Program-made: the position numbers and the translations under genes
In this document: piece by piece, positions 20,701-28,224 of the stretch
Position numbering within the stretch: position 1 is the stretch's first letter
Layout: each line of letters starts with the position of its first letter
The notes under the pieces: generated by a model
Told to the model about the DNA's origin: nothing
What the model saw: only the letters and a program-made list of their open reading frames with translations
Database searches by the model: none
NCBI GenBank assembly: GCA_963717145.1
Contig: OY970325.1
Location: 1,824,001 to 1,888,000, forward strand
Direction of reading: 5' to 3'
DNA from: an uncultured Armatimonadetes bacterium
Lineage (GTDB): Bacteria; Armatimonadota; UBA5829; DTJY01
Length of the DNA: 64,000 bases

Positions 20701-21774
20701 CCGCCCGCCCCGGACCCAATCCTCGTCGAAGAGAACCGTCTCCACATCGCTGGACTTCGGCTCGGTGGCATGATAGTGGGAGAAGGCGAGGAGGATGCGC
20801 CCGTCATCGAGTTGGGTCACCCCGTGGTCGCTGAGCTGGTTCCTGCCGGTCTCGGTGGCGATGTCATGCTTGAACTCCCAGGTCTTGCAGCCGTCGGTGG
20901 AGAGCGCCGCGGTCAGGGGCCAGCGGGGATACTGGGTCTCTGAGGAAGTACTGTTCCACACAAGCAGATAGTTGCCGTTTCGAAGCTTGATGAGCTGCGG
21001 GATCGACTCCGGCGACGGGATACCGCTCGACTTCGGCTCCGACCACGCGACTCCGCCGTCGGTCGAAGTGGCCTCGTACAGAAATCCGCTCTTCGTGCGG
21101 AAGAGACAGTACAGCTTGTCCGATGCAAGCTCCACGGCCACAGGCTCCATCGCCCCGCGCTCGGTCGGAATGCTGATGTCATAGCCCTTCGTCCACGTCT
21201 TGCCCTCGTCATCAGACACCATGAAGAACGCGGTGTGAGTGTACCCGTCGTCATTGAGGTAGGTCGCCGGCAGGACGATGCGCCCACTCCTTAGCTGCCG
21301 GGGGATCATGTGCGCGCCGTAGTAGAACTTGCCATGACTGACCTCGCCGATCATGTCGATCTGGCGGGGAGCGCTCCACGTGCGGCCGGAGTCGTCGGAC
21401 CGGCGCATGAAGATGCGGGCGATCGAGCGGGCGTAGTCCTTGGTGCTCGCCACGGTCTTGCTGTCCTCTGTCGCGCCCTTGAAGAAGGTCTCTCGCCAGA
21501 ACAGGAGGACCGACTGCGTGCCCTTGAGGTTCACCATGACGTGATGCGAGACGTTCGCCATCGGGGCGGCCATGAAGATCTCCGGCGCGGACCAGGTCTC
21601 GCCCCGGTCGGTCGAGATGGCGTAGAGGGCCGCGTTGTCGTTGAACGTCTCCTCGCCGTTGTACGCGCTGATGAGCATGATGACGCGCCCGTCCGGAAGC
21701 TGGTGCGGGAACGGCCCCTGGTAGAACTCCCATCCGTCGATTCGGCCTTTCAGGAGTGGTTTGTGCGTGAACAT
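20692..21774 (-). CDS. Sialidase-like (BNR/Asp-box) beta-propeller protein
   Basis: Multiple Asp-boxes: STDRGETWS, SDDSGRTWS, SDDEGKTWT, STDGGVAWS, STDGCKTWE. Confidence 0.85.
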   Translation of the reverse strand: MFTHKPLLKGRIDGWEFYQGPFPHQLPDGRVIMLISAYNGEETFNDNAALYAISTDRGETWSAPEIFMAAPMANVSHHVMVNLKGTQSVLLFWRETFFKGATEDSKTVASTKDYARSIARIFMRRSDDSGRTWSAPRQIDMIGEVSHGKFYYGAHMIPRQLRSGRIVLPATYLNDDGYTHTAFFMVSDDEGKTWTKGYDISIPTERGAMEPVAVELASDKLYCLFRTKSGFLYEATSTDGGVAWSEPKSSGIPSPESIPQLIKLRNGNYLLVWNSTSSETQYPRWPLTAALSTDGCKTWEFKHDIATETGRNQLSDHGVTQLDDGRILLAFSHYHATEPKSSDVETVLFDEDWVRGGRTP

Positions 21775-21783
21775 GGGAGCACC

Positions 21784-22233
21784 TCATTGCGGACTTGGGA
21801 TTTCGGAGTGCGGATTGGCAGGCTGAGACCAGCCGGAAGGTCTGTCGGTTATGAGCGCCCACAGAGGGATCCCCGTACCGATCAGCGCCCAGAGTAGAGT
21901 CGCGGCGAACATCAGGCCGGTGTGCTCCAGCTTCGGATGAGCTGCGTAGTAAGCCGGAGCGGTCGCAAGGGTCCAGATGCGCTCCACTACCCATCCAGAG
22001 TAGAGGATCACCAGCACCTTCCATGCCCACGCCTTCCTTCGCAGCAGCGCCGTCCAAATCGGCCACTCCAGGCCAATCACGACGTTGGTGAGGTAGAGGC
22101 GCAGATCTACTGACCGACCACCTGCATGCAAGACGCTCTGCATGACTCCAGGTGTCAGCATCATAGCGCCTACAAGACTGGACACCGACATCAGTATGAA
22201 GATGATGGCGATGACTCGCGTGCGGTTCTTCAT
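21784..22233 (-). CDS. Hypothetical membrane protein
   Basis: Four hydrophobic segments; GGGGG-type RBS before ATG at 22233. Confidence 0.6.
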   Translation of the reverse strand: MKNRTRVIAIIFILMSVSSLVGAMMLTPGVMQSVLHAGGRSVDLRLYLTNVVIGLEWPIWTALLRRKAWAWKVLVILYSGWVVERIWTLATAPAYYAAHPKLEHTGLMFAATLLWALIGTGIPLWALITDRPSGWSQPANPHSEIPSPQ

Positions 22234-22263
22234 CGCGTGCCCCCCTGACAAAGAAGGCAACCG

Positions 22264-22459
22264 CTATAGGTCGCCTTGCGTTATGTCTTGGTCTCGATCG
22301 AAGTTCAGGCGATCTGCTTCCAGTTGCTTCTTCGAACTCGTCCCACCACTCCTGGCCCATCTCGTCAGTAGTAGACATCAGCTTGTGAACGAATGCCAGC
22401 AACTGCCGGTTCTTCTTACTGAGGCGTCTGTGCCGTGTCGTATGCGGTGGAATGATCAC
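22264..22459 (-). pseudogene. Small protein, paralog of 22464..22646, with an apparent +1 frameshift near 22330
   Basis: Removing one base gives ...KNRQLLAFVHKLMSTTDEMGQEWWDEFEKQLEADRLNFDRDQDITQGDL*, which aligns with the neighbouring gene. Confidence 0.6.
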
Positions 22460-22463
22460 GTTG

Positions 22464-22646
22464 CTACCCCTCGCCGTGCAAACGAAACTCCTGCAGTTCC
22501 TTCACAAACTCCTGCCAGAACTCCTCGCCCAGATCATCGGGCTTCGACATCCAATCACGAATGAGCTTGATGGCGGCTCGGTTCTTTGCACAGATTCGCT
22601 TGCGCGCTGGCTTGCGTTCTTCAGTTGCTTTGGTCTTGTCGGCCAT
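22464..22646 (-). CDS. Small hypothetical protein (antitoxin-like)
   Basis: 60 aa, GAGG RBS just after the glyQS stop; KNRAAIKLIRDWMSKPDDLGEEFWQEFVKELQEFRL. Confidence 0.65.
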   Translation of the reverse strand: MADKTKATEERKPARKRICAKNRAAIKLIRDWMSKPDDLGEEFWQEFVKELQEFRLHGEG

Positions 22647-22655
22647 TGGGCGTCC

Positions 22656-24050
22656 TCACGCACATTCATCCATCTTGTCGCGGAGCCAGTTCTTGACCTC
22701 GGAGAGGGCGACGCGCACCTGCTCCATCGTGTCTCGGTCGCGGATCGTGACCGCCTGGTCCTCGAGGGTGTCGAAGTCGACCGTGATGCACCAGGGCGTC
22801 CCGACCTCATCCTGGCGGCGGTATCGGCGTCCGATGCTCCGGGCCTCGTCGTAATCGGCGCTGTAGCACTTCCGGATCTCCTTGTACAGGTCCTGCGCGA
22901 CCTCCGGGAGTCCGCCCTTCTTCGCGAGCGGGAGAACCGCCGCCTTGTACGGGGCGAGTTTCGGGTTCAGGCGCAGGACCGTCTCCACCTCGGCGCCGGC
23001 ATCGCCACGCCCGCCTGAGATCTCCTCGTAGGCGTCGCAGAGGAACGCCAGAAACGTGCGATCGACGCCTCCGGACGGCTCGATGACATACGGCACGAGG
23101 CGCTCGTTTGTCGTCTCATCGAAGTAGCTGAGGTCCTTGCCGCTGACCTCCATGTGCTGCTTGAGGTCGTAGTCCGCCCGGTTCGCGATGCCCTCCAGCT
23201 CGCTCCAGCCGATCGGGAAGAGGTACTCCACGTCCGAGCACCCCTTGGCGTAATGGGCCAGCTCGTCCTCCCTGTGCGGTCGGAGCCGGAGGTTCTCCGG
23301 CTTGATGCCGAGGCCGACGTACCAGTTGAACCGCTCCTCGAGCCAGTACTCGTGCCACTTCTGGGCCTCCTCCGGCCGCGCGAAGAACTCGATCTCCATC
23401 TGCTCGAACTCGCGGGTCCGGAAGATGAAGTTGCCGGGCGTGATCTCGTTGCGGAACGACTTGCCGATTTGCGCGATGCCGAACGGGAGCTTCTTCCGGG
23501 TCGCGGCCTGGACGTTCTTGAAGTTGACGAAGATCCCCTGCGCGGTCTCCGGCCGAAGGTAGACGACCGCGGCGGTATCCTCTACCGGGCCCATGTGGGT
23601 CCTGAACATCATGTTGAACTGCCGCATCGGGGTCAGTTCGCCGCCGCAGTCCGGGCACACCACACCTTCGAGCAGCTTTTCGAGGTTCGCCATCTCCTCA
23701 GGCGTGCGCTCGACGGCATCCTCTTCCATCGCCTGAGCCTCCACGAGGTGGTCGGCGCGGAACCGATGCTTGCACTTCCTGCAGTCGACCATCGGATCGG
23801 TGAACGACTCGACATGGCCGCTCGCCTTCCAGACGTCTGGGTGCATGAGGATCGCGGCGTCGAGGCCGACCATGTCGTCGCGCTCCTGGACGATCGCCTT
23901 CCACCATGCGGCCTTGACGTTGTTCTTCATCAGGACGCCGACCGGGCCGTAGTCCCACGTCGAGCCGATGCCTCCGTATATCTCGCTCGAAGCGAAGATG
24001 ATTCCTCTCCGCTTGCACAAACCTACTATGCTTTCCATTTTGTCGGCCAT
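22656..24050 (-). CDS. glyQS: Glycine--tRNA ligase (homodimeric class II)
   Basis: SEIYGG, WDYGP.G, YLRPETAQGIF, QIGKSFRNEITP, ELEGIANR and SIGRRYRRQDEVGTP motifs. Confidence 0.97.
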   Translation of the reverse strand: MADKMESIVGLCKRRGIIFASSEIYGGIGSTWDYGPVGVLMKNNVKAAWWKAIVQERDDMVGLDAAILMHPDVWKASGHVESFTDPMVDCRKCKHRFRADHLVEAQAMEEDAVERTPEEMANLEKLLEGVVCPDCGGELTPMRQFNMMFRTHMGPVEDTAAVVYLRPETAQGIFVNFKNVQAATRKKLPFGIAQIGKSFRNEITPGNFIFRTREFEQMEIEFFARPEEAQKWHEYWLEERFNWYVGLGIKPENLRLRPHREDELAHYAKGCSDVEYLFPIGWSELEGIANRADYDLKQHMEVSGKDLSYFDETTNERLVPYVIEPSGGVDRTFLAFLCDAYEEISGGRGDAGAEVETVLRLNPKLAPYKAAVLPLAKKGGLPEVAQDLYKEIRKCYSADYDEARSIGRRYRRQDEVGTPWCITVDFDTLEDQAVTIRDRDTMEQVRVALSEVKNWLRDKMDECA

Positions 24051-24129
24051 GTTGTTCCTCGGGTGAATGGAGTATTGGAGTGGTGGAGTGCTGGGGTATT
24101 GGGTCCGCCAGCGTCACAACGCCGGGGAC

Positions 24130-24159
24130 ATTATACGGGAAGGGAGTGAGGCAGTTCAA
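24130..24159 (-). promoter_or_regulatory. Putative sigma70 promoter for glyQS
   Basis: Minus strand TTGAAC-N18-TATAAT. Confidence 0.5.
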
Positions 24160-24211
24160 GCCGTGGGGCGGTTCATGGGTGAGGAGTTACCGCTCATACG
24201 CAGTAGCGGCC

Positions 24212-24490
24212 CTAGTCGATCTCTATATCCGCGTATTCAGCGAAAGACTTGAGTTCGGTAACTCTTCCCGCCGCCGCATCCGCCAGGCCTTGGCGGACTT
24301 GCTCCAGGGCCTGCTCATTCCGATAGAGCCAGGCCTCGCGTTCCGGTATCGGGATCAGGGAGATAGCCCCGTCCGCAGCGTACTCGACCAGGAAGTCCTT
24401 GTCCGCGATTCCGGGTCCGAGATGGACGCGCCCACGAGAATCGGACCTTACTATTCTCCCTGATTTGGAATGCTTCCGCGTCTTAGGCAT
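24212..24490 (-). CDS. Small AbrB/MazE-like putative antitoxin
   Basis: N-terminal DSRGRVHLG...GAISLIP swapped-hairpin-like pattern; C-terminal EAWLYRN.QALEQVRQGLADAAAGRV typical of antitoxin-like proteins. Confidence 0.6.
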   Translation of the reverse strand: MPKTRKHSKSGRIVRSDSRGRVHLGPGIADKDFLVEYAADGAISLIPIPEREAWLYRNEQALEQVRQGLADAAAGRVTELKSFAEYADIEID

Positions 24491-24511
24491 TGCTGATGTC
24501 CTTCCCGTCAG

Positions 24512-25159
24512 CTAGATCATCACGCGGATGTCCCGGATGAACTCATCCGGTTCCTCGGGACTGATGAGGTAGCTCATCCTCCTGCCTGTGATCAGCACCA
24601 TGCGGTGGAGGTCGGTCACTGCGGAGTAGAGTCGCATGTTCCTGGCAGTGACCTGATATTCGAAGATGCCCGGCTTCATGTACAAGAAACCCTTCTCAAG
24701 CGGTTCCTCAGCGATCCAACCATCCAACCGCTCGGGGTACGGGGATGCCTCAAAGTACCTGGTCGTACTCGAAAACTTCGCGTGTAGCCGTTCGACGGAC
24801 TGGATTTCGGATATGGTGATGACTATGCTTCCATACGGCCATTGTCGGACGATGGTCAGAGAGTGGTCGGTCAGTTCATAGCAAAGCGTCCGCCGAAACC
24901 AGGGCTTACAGGCCCAGAGGACTAGCAGGCCTAAAAAGCCTGCCCATATAGCCGGGTCGCCCACGCGCATCCAGCCGCCACCATCTTCGCCAAAGATAAA
25001 CGACAGAGGAATGCTGAACAGGACCAGACAACCCACAAAGACCCAAGCGCAACCGATCGTCCAACCGGGGTAGCCCATAGGCTCCTCGCGAATCGGGGAT
25101 TGTCCGTAGGTCTGTATTCCCGCCAGGTTATTCTCGTTGTTCACGTCCATTGGTTGCAC
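24512..25159 (-). CDS. Membrane protein with bacterial PH-like domain
   Basis: Two TM helices, then YELTDHSLTI...I.ISEIQSVE...MVLI...YLISPEEPDEFI. Start uncertain. Confidence 0.6.
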   Translation of the reverse strand: MQPMDVNNENNLAGIQTYGQSPIREEPMGYPGWTIGCAWVFVGCLVLFSIPLSFIFGEDGGGWMRVGDPAIWAGFLGLLVLWACKPWFRRTLCYELTDHSLTIVRQWPYGSIVITISEIQSVERLHAKFSSTTRYFEASPYPERLDGWIAEEPLEKGFLYMKPGIFEYQVTARNMRLYSAVTDLHRMVLITGRRMSYLISPEEPDEFIRDIRVMI

Positions 25160-25168
25160 TCAACAACC

Positions 25169-25555
25169 CTACTCCCCCACCCACGCGGTCGCCTCGATCT
25201 CGACCCGGACATCCTTCGGCAGGCGGGCGACCTGAACCGTCGCGCGGGCGGGCGGCTCGGAGCTGAAGTATCGGCCGTAGACCTCGTTCACGGCGGCGAA
25301 GTCATTCATGTCCGCAAGGAAGATCGTGGTCTTGACGACATCCTCCAGGGTCCCGCCCGAGTCGTCGAGGATCGCGCGGATGTTCCTCATCACGCGGTCG
25401 GTCTGCTGGGCGACATCGCCGTCCACGATCTCGCCGCTCGTGGGGTCGAGCGGGATCTGCCCTGAGACGAAGATGAACCCGCCGGCTTTCACTCCCTGGG
25501 AGTATGGTCCGATCGCGGCGGGCGCTCTCGGTGTCTTGATCGGTTGCTTCGGCAT
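25169..25555 (-). CDS. ridA: RidA (YjgF/YER057c/UK114) reactive intermediate deaminase
   Basis: APAAIGPYSQ, SGQIPLDP and PARATVQVARLPKDVRVEIEA motifs; GGAGG RBS. Confidence 0.95.
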   Translation of the reverse strand: MPKQPIKTPRAPAAIGPYSQGVKAGGFIFVSGQIPLDPTSGEIVDGDVAQQTDRVMRNIRAILDDSGGTLEDVVKTTIFLADMNDFAAVNEVYGRYFSSEPPARATVQVARLPKDVRVEIEATAWVGE

Positions 25556-25603
25556 CTCGATTACCTCCAATGGCAAGAGTCGGTTGCTAGTGCGGTGCCG
25601 GTT

Positions 25604-25686
25604 GTCGTTCCTTGGAGTGCGGTGGCTTGGCACCGCCCTGGGGACGGGGCAAGGCGGTGTCAAGCCACCGCACTCCAAGGAACGAC
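25604..25686. repeat. GGAGTGCGG-type palindromic REP doublet
   Basis: gtcgttccttggagtgcggtggcttggcaccgcc and ggcggtgtcaagccaccgcactccaaggaacgac are inverted arms. Confidence 0.9.
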
Positions 25687-25914
25687 TCAGAGTTCGAGCG
25701 GCTCGCAAGAGAGCTGGCCGCCGTCCTTGATGAGCGCTTCGAGGCGGCCCTGGACCTCGGTGAGCTGACGGTTGCACTCACGGGAGAGCCTGATGCCCTC
25801 CTCATAGAGGACGAGCGACTCGTTCAATGGGAGCTTCCCGTCCTCCAACTGCTCGACGATCTCCTCGAGCCGTGCCAGCGATTCCTCGAATGTCAGTTCT
25901 CTCTCCACCATCAT
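25687..25914 (-). CDS. xseB: Exodeoxyribonuclease VII small subunit
   Basis: LTFEESLARLEEIVEQLE.G.LPL.ESL.LYEEG..L motif; coupled to the xseA stop. Confidence 0.95.
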   Translation of the reverse strand: MMVERELTFEESLARLEEIVEQLEDGKLPLNESLVLYEEGIRLSRECNRQLTEVQGRLEALIKDGGQLSCEPLEL

Positions 25915-27218
25915 TCCCACCCCTCGTGTGTCTCTTTGACCTCGGATATCAAGCGCCCTATCGGGAGCAGTGTCTCAGTGACGTCGCCCGGCTTCACCCT
26001 CGACGCTTCCTCGACGATCGACCGATCATCCGCGCGCCGGACCACGGCGTATCCCCTCGCGAGGACTCTCAGTGGACTGAGGGCATCGAGCTTTGCGACA
26101 GTCATGCCGAACCGCCCCTCATACTGCGCCACCGATTCCTTCGCGGACGACGCGAGCCGTGCCGTGAGCAGATCGAGCGTCTGCCAGCGTGACTGAAGCA
26201 GTTCCTCTGGCCGGGCGAAGCATCTCGACCGCATCAGGGCATCGAGCCTGTTCCGCCCCTGGGATGCGCCTTCCCTCAGTGCGTCAGACATCGCGTCCGC
26301 AAGCGATCTCACCCGCGCCAGAAGCTCGTTCCGATCAGGGAAGACCAACTCGGCCGCGGCGGAGGGTGTCGGCGCTCGCAGATCGGCGACGAGATCCGCC
26401 AGGGTGTAGTCGGTCTCGTGCCCGATCGCCGAGACGACCGGCTTCTCACACGCGCATATCGCGCGGGCGACAGATTCGGTATTGAAGGTCCAGAGATCCT
26501 CGATCGATCCCCCACCCCGGCCCAGGATGATCACGTCCACATCGGGCAGGCTGTCCGCGAGTCGGAGGGCACTCACCACAGCATCCTCAGCGCCCGCGCC
26601 CTGCATCAGGCTCGGGATGAGCACGATGTCCGCCGAACAACAGCGCCGGTTCGCGACCGTCACCATGTCCCTGAGAGCGGCGGCCGTGCGCGACGTGATG
26701 ATTGCGACCCTGCGTGGATACCGCACGAGCGGTTTCTTCCGCTCCGCCTCGAAGAGCCCCTCCGCCTGGAGACGCGCCTTGAGCTTCTCGTAAGCCACGT
26801 ACAGCGCGCCGACTCCGTCCGGCGTGACCTCTGAAACGGTGAGTTGATACTGCCCCATCTTCTCATAGAGGCCGACCTTGCCGCGGATGATGACGCCCAT
26901 GCCGTCCGAGAGGTTGAAACGCCGGTTCTTCGCGATGCTCGCCCAGATCACGCATCGTATGAGCGCCGTCTGGTCCTTCAGCGAGAAGTAGACGTGGCCG
27001 TTCGCATGGCAGGTGAGGTTGCTGATCTCGCCTCGCACCCAGACGTCCTTGAGCAGTTCCTCCGTCTCGAGAATCCCTTTGATGCAGGAGGTCAACATCC
27101 CGACGGTCAGTATATTGCTCTGTTTGCCCGACATCCCGAGCGAATCCCGGCCCGAATCGCTCAGCAGTTGTCCGGATTCGTCGAAGTTGATCGAGCGGCG
27201 CGGCTTGCTGTAACGCAT
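25911..27218 (-). CDS. xseA: Exodeoxyribonuclease VII large subunit
   Basis: VWVRGEISN, GHVYFSLKD, GRGGGSIEDLW.FN, SAIGHETD and RAPTPSAAAE motifs. Alternative start at 27134. Confidence 0.95.
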   Translation of the reverse strand: MRYSKPRRSINFDESGQLLSDSGRDSLGMSGKQSNILTVGMLTSCIKGILETEELLKDVWVRGEISNLTCHANGHVYFSLKDQTALIRCVIWASIAKNRRFNLSDGMGVIIRGKVGLYEKMGQYQLTVSEVTPDGVGALYVAYEKLKARLQAEGLFEAERKKPLVRYPRRVAIITSRTAAALRDMVTVANRRCCSADIVLIPSLMQGAGAEDAVVSALRLADSLPDVDVIILGRGGGSIEDLWTFNTESVARAICACEKPVVSAIGHETDYTLADLVADLRAPTPSAAAELVFPDRNELLARVRSLADAMSDALREGASQGRNRLDALMRSRCFARPEELLQSRWQTLDLLTARLASSAKESVAQYEGRFGMTVAKLDALSPLRVLARGYAVVRRADDRSIVEEASRVKPGDVTETLLPIGRLISEVKETHEGWE

Positions 27219-27224
27219 GGTGCA

Positions 27225-27253
27225 AGTATAGGCGGTCGTACAGCCAAGGTCAA
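27225..27253 (-). promoter_or_regulatory. Putative sigma70 promoter for xseA-xseB
   Basis: Minus strand TTGACC-N17-TATACT, ending 7 nt before the ATG at 27218. Confidence 0.65.
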
Positions 27254-27384
27254 GGAGAGTGTGGGAGTATGGGAGCAGCGCAGAACCAGCCGCCCTTCGA
27301 TACATGCCGTCATTCACCGGCACACTCAGGGCTGACGGTTCCCAGTCCCCAACAGGCCCGCACTCCCACACTCCCATACTCTCC
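27254..27384. repeat. Octamer-repeat palindrome enclosing a half copy of the CGTC-type repeat
   Basis: ggagagtgtgggagtatgggag ... ctcccacactcccatactctcc flanks gccgtcattcaccggcacactcagggctgacggt. Confidence 0.8.
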
Positions 27385-27443
27385 CTGATTGCCACTCCCG
27401 CGCAAACGGGTACAACTCTTCTATATGCGCGAAGAGGAGAACC

Positions 27444-28124
27444 ATGTCACGCCAGACCCTGACGAACGCGCGGATTACCGATGACGATATCGCGAGGGAG
27501 ATCATGGAGAGCCTCGCCTGGGATACCAGGATCCACTACCCTCACATACGCGTGACGGTGGACGGCGGCCTCGTCTTCCTGAGCGGTGTCGTCGAGCGCC
27601 TGGTGGAGAAGCAGGCCGCCGAGGAAGACGCCGCGCGCCTCGCAGGAGTCACCCAGGTCATGAGCAACATCGTCGTCCGGCCCGACATGCCCATCACGGA
27701 CGGTGAGATTGCGGAGAACATCCGACGGGCGTTCCGCCGGGACGTCCGGATTGACGAAGATGAGTACGAGGTCTGGGTCGAGAACAGGGTCGCCACAATC
27801 GGAGGCCAGGTCACCAGCATCATCGGGAAGTTGGATGCACTCGATGTCGCGGCCCTCACGTATGGAGTCGCGGGCCTTGTAGATCAGATCGAGGTGCTGC
27901 CTGCCGATCCGACATCCGGGCATCACCTGGAGGCGCTTGTGTCGATCGCCCTCGAACGAACGGCGAACCTCGACGAGCGCAGGATTCACGCCCACATCGA
28001 CGACCGTACCGTCACCCTGACGGGAGACGTCGACTTCCTCTATCAGCGACGCGAGGCCGAAAGAGCCGTCTCCGACATCCCCGGCGTGGCTCAGATCCGC
28101 AACGAGATCGGAGTCGAGCTGTGA
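27444..28124 (+). CDS. BON domain protein (three BON repeats)
   Basis: Three repeats of D..I...I...L..D...I.V.V..G.V.L.G.V......AE..A....GV..V.N.I. Confidence 0.9.
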   Translation: MSRQTLTNARITDDDIAREIMESLAWDTRIHYPHIRVTVDGGLVFLSGVVERLVEKQAAEEDAARLAGVTQVMSNIVVRPDMPITDGEIAENIRRAFRRDVRIDEDEYEVWVENRVATIGGQVTSIIGKLDALDVAALTYGVAGLVDQIEVLPADPTSGHHLEALVSIALERTANLDERRIHAHIDDRTVTLTGDVDFLYQRREAERAVSDIPGVAQIRNEIGVEL

Positions 28125-28224
28125 GGCTCTGCGCCGCATCGAGGAGACGACGGTCGAGAATATCCGGGCGTTCGTCCACATCGCGTGCCGAATACCATCC
28201 GCGCCTCCGCGTAGGACAGACGGG

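Noticed and set aside
21251-22459. 402-aa ORF
   Set aside because: Artefact of the frameshift near 22330; beyond that point it overlaps two better-supported genes out of frame.
24051-24211. T-box leader for glyQS
   Set aside because: No T-box consensus; the region has only a promoter-like element and short octamer repeats.
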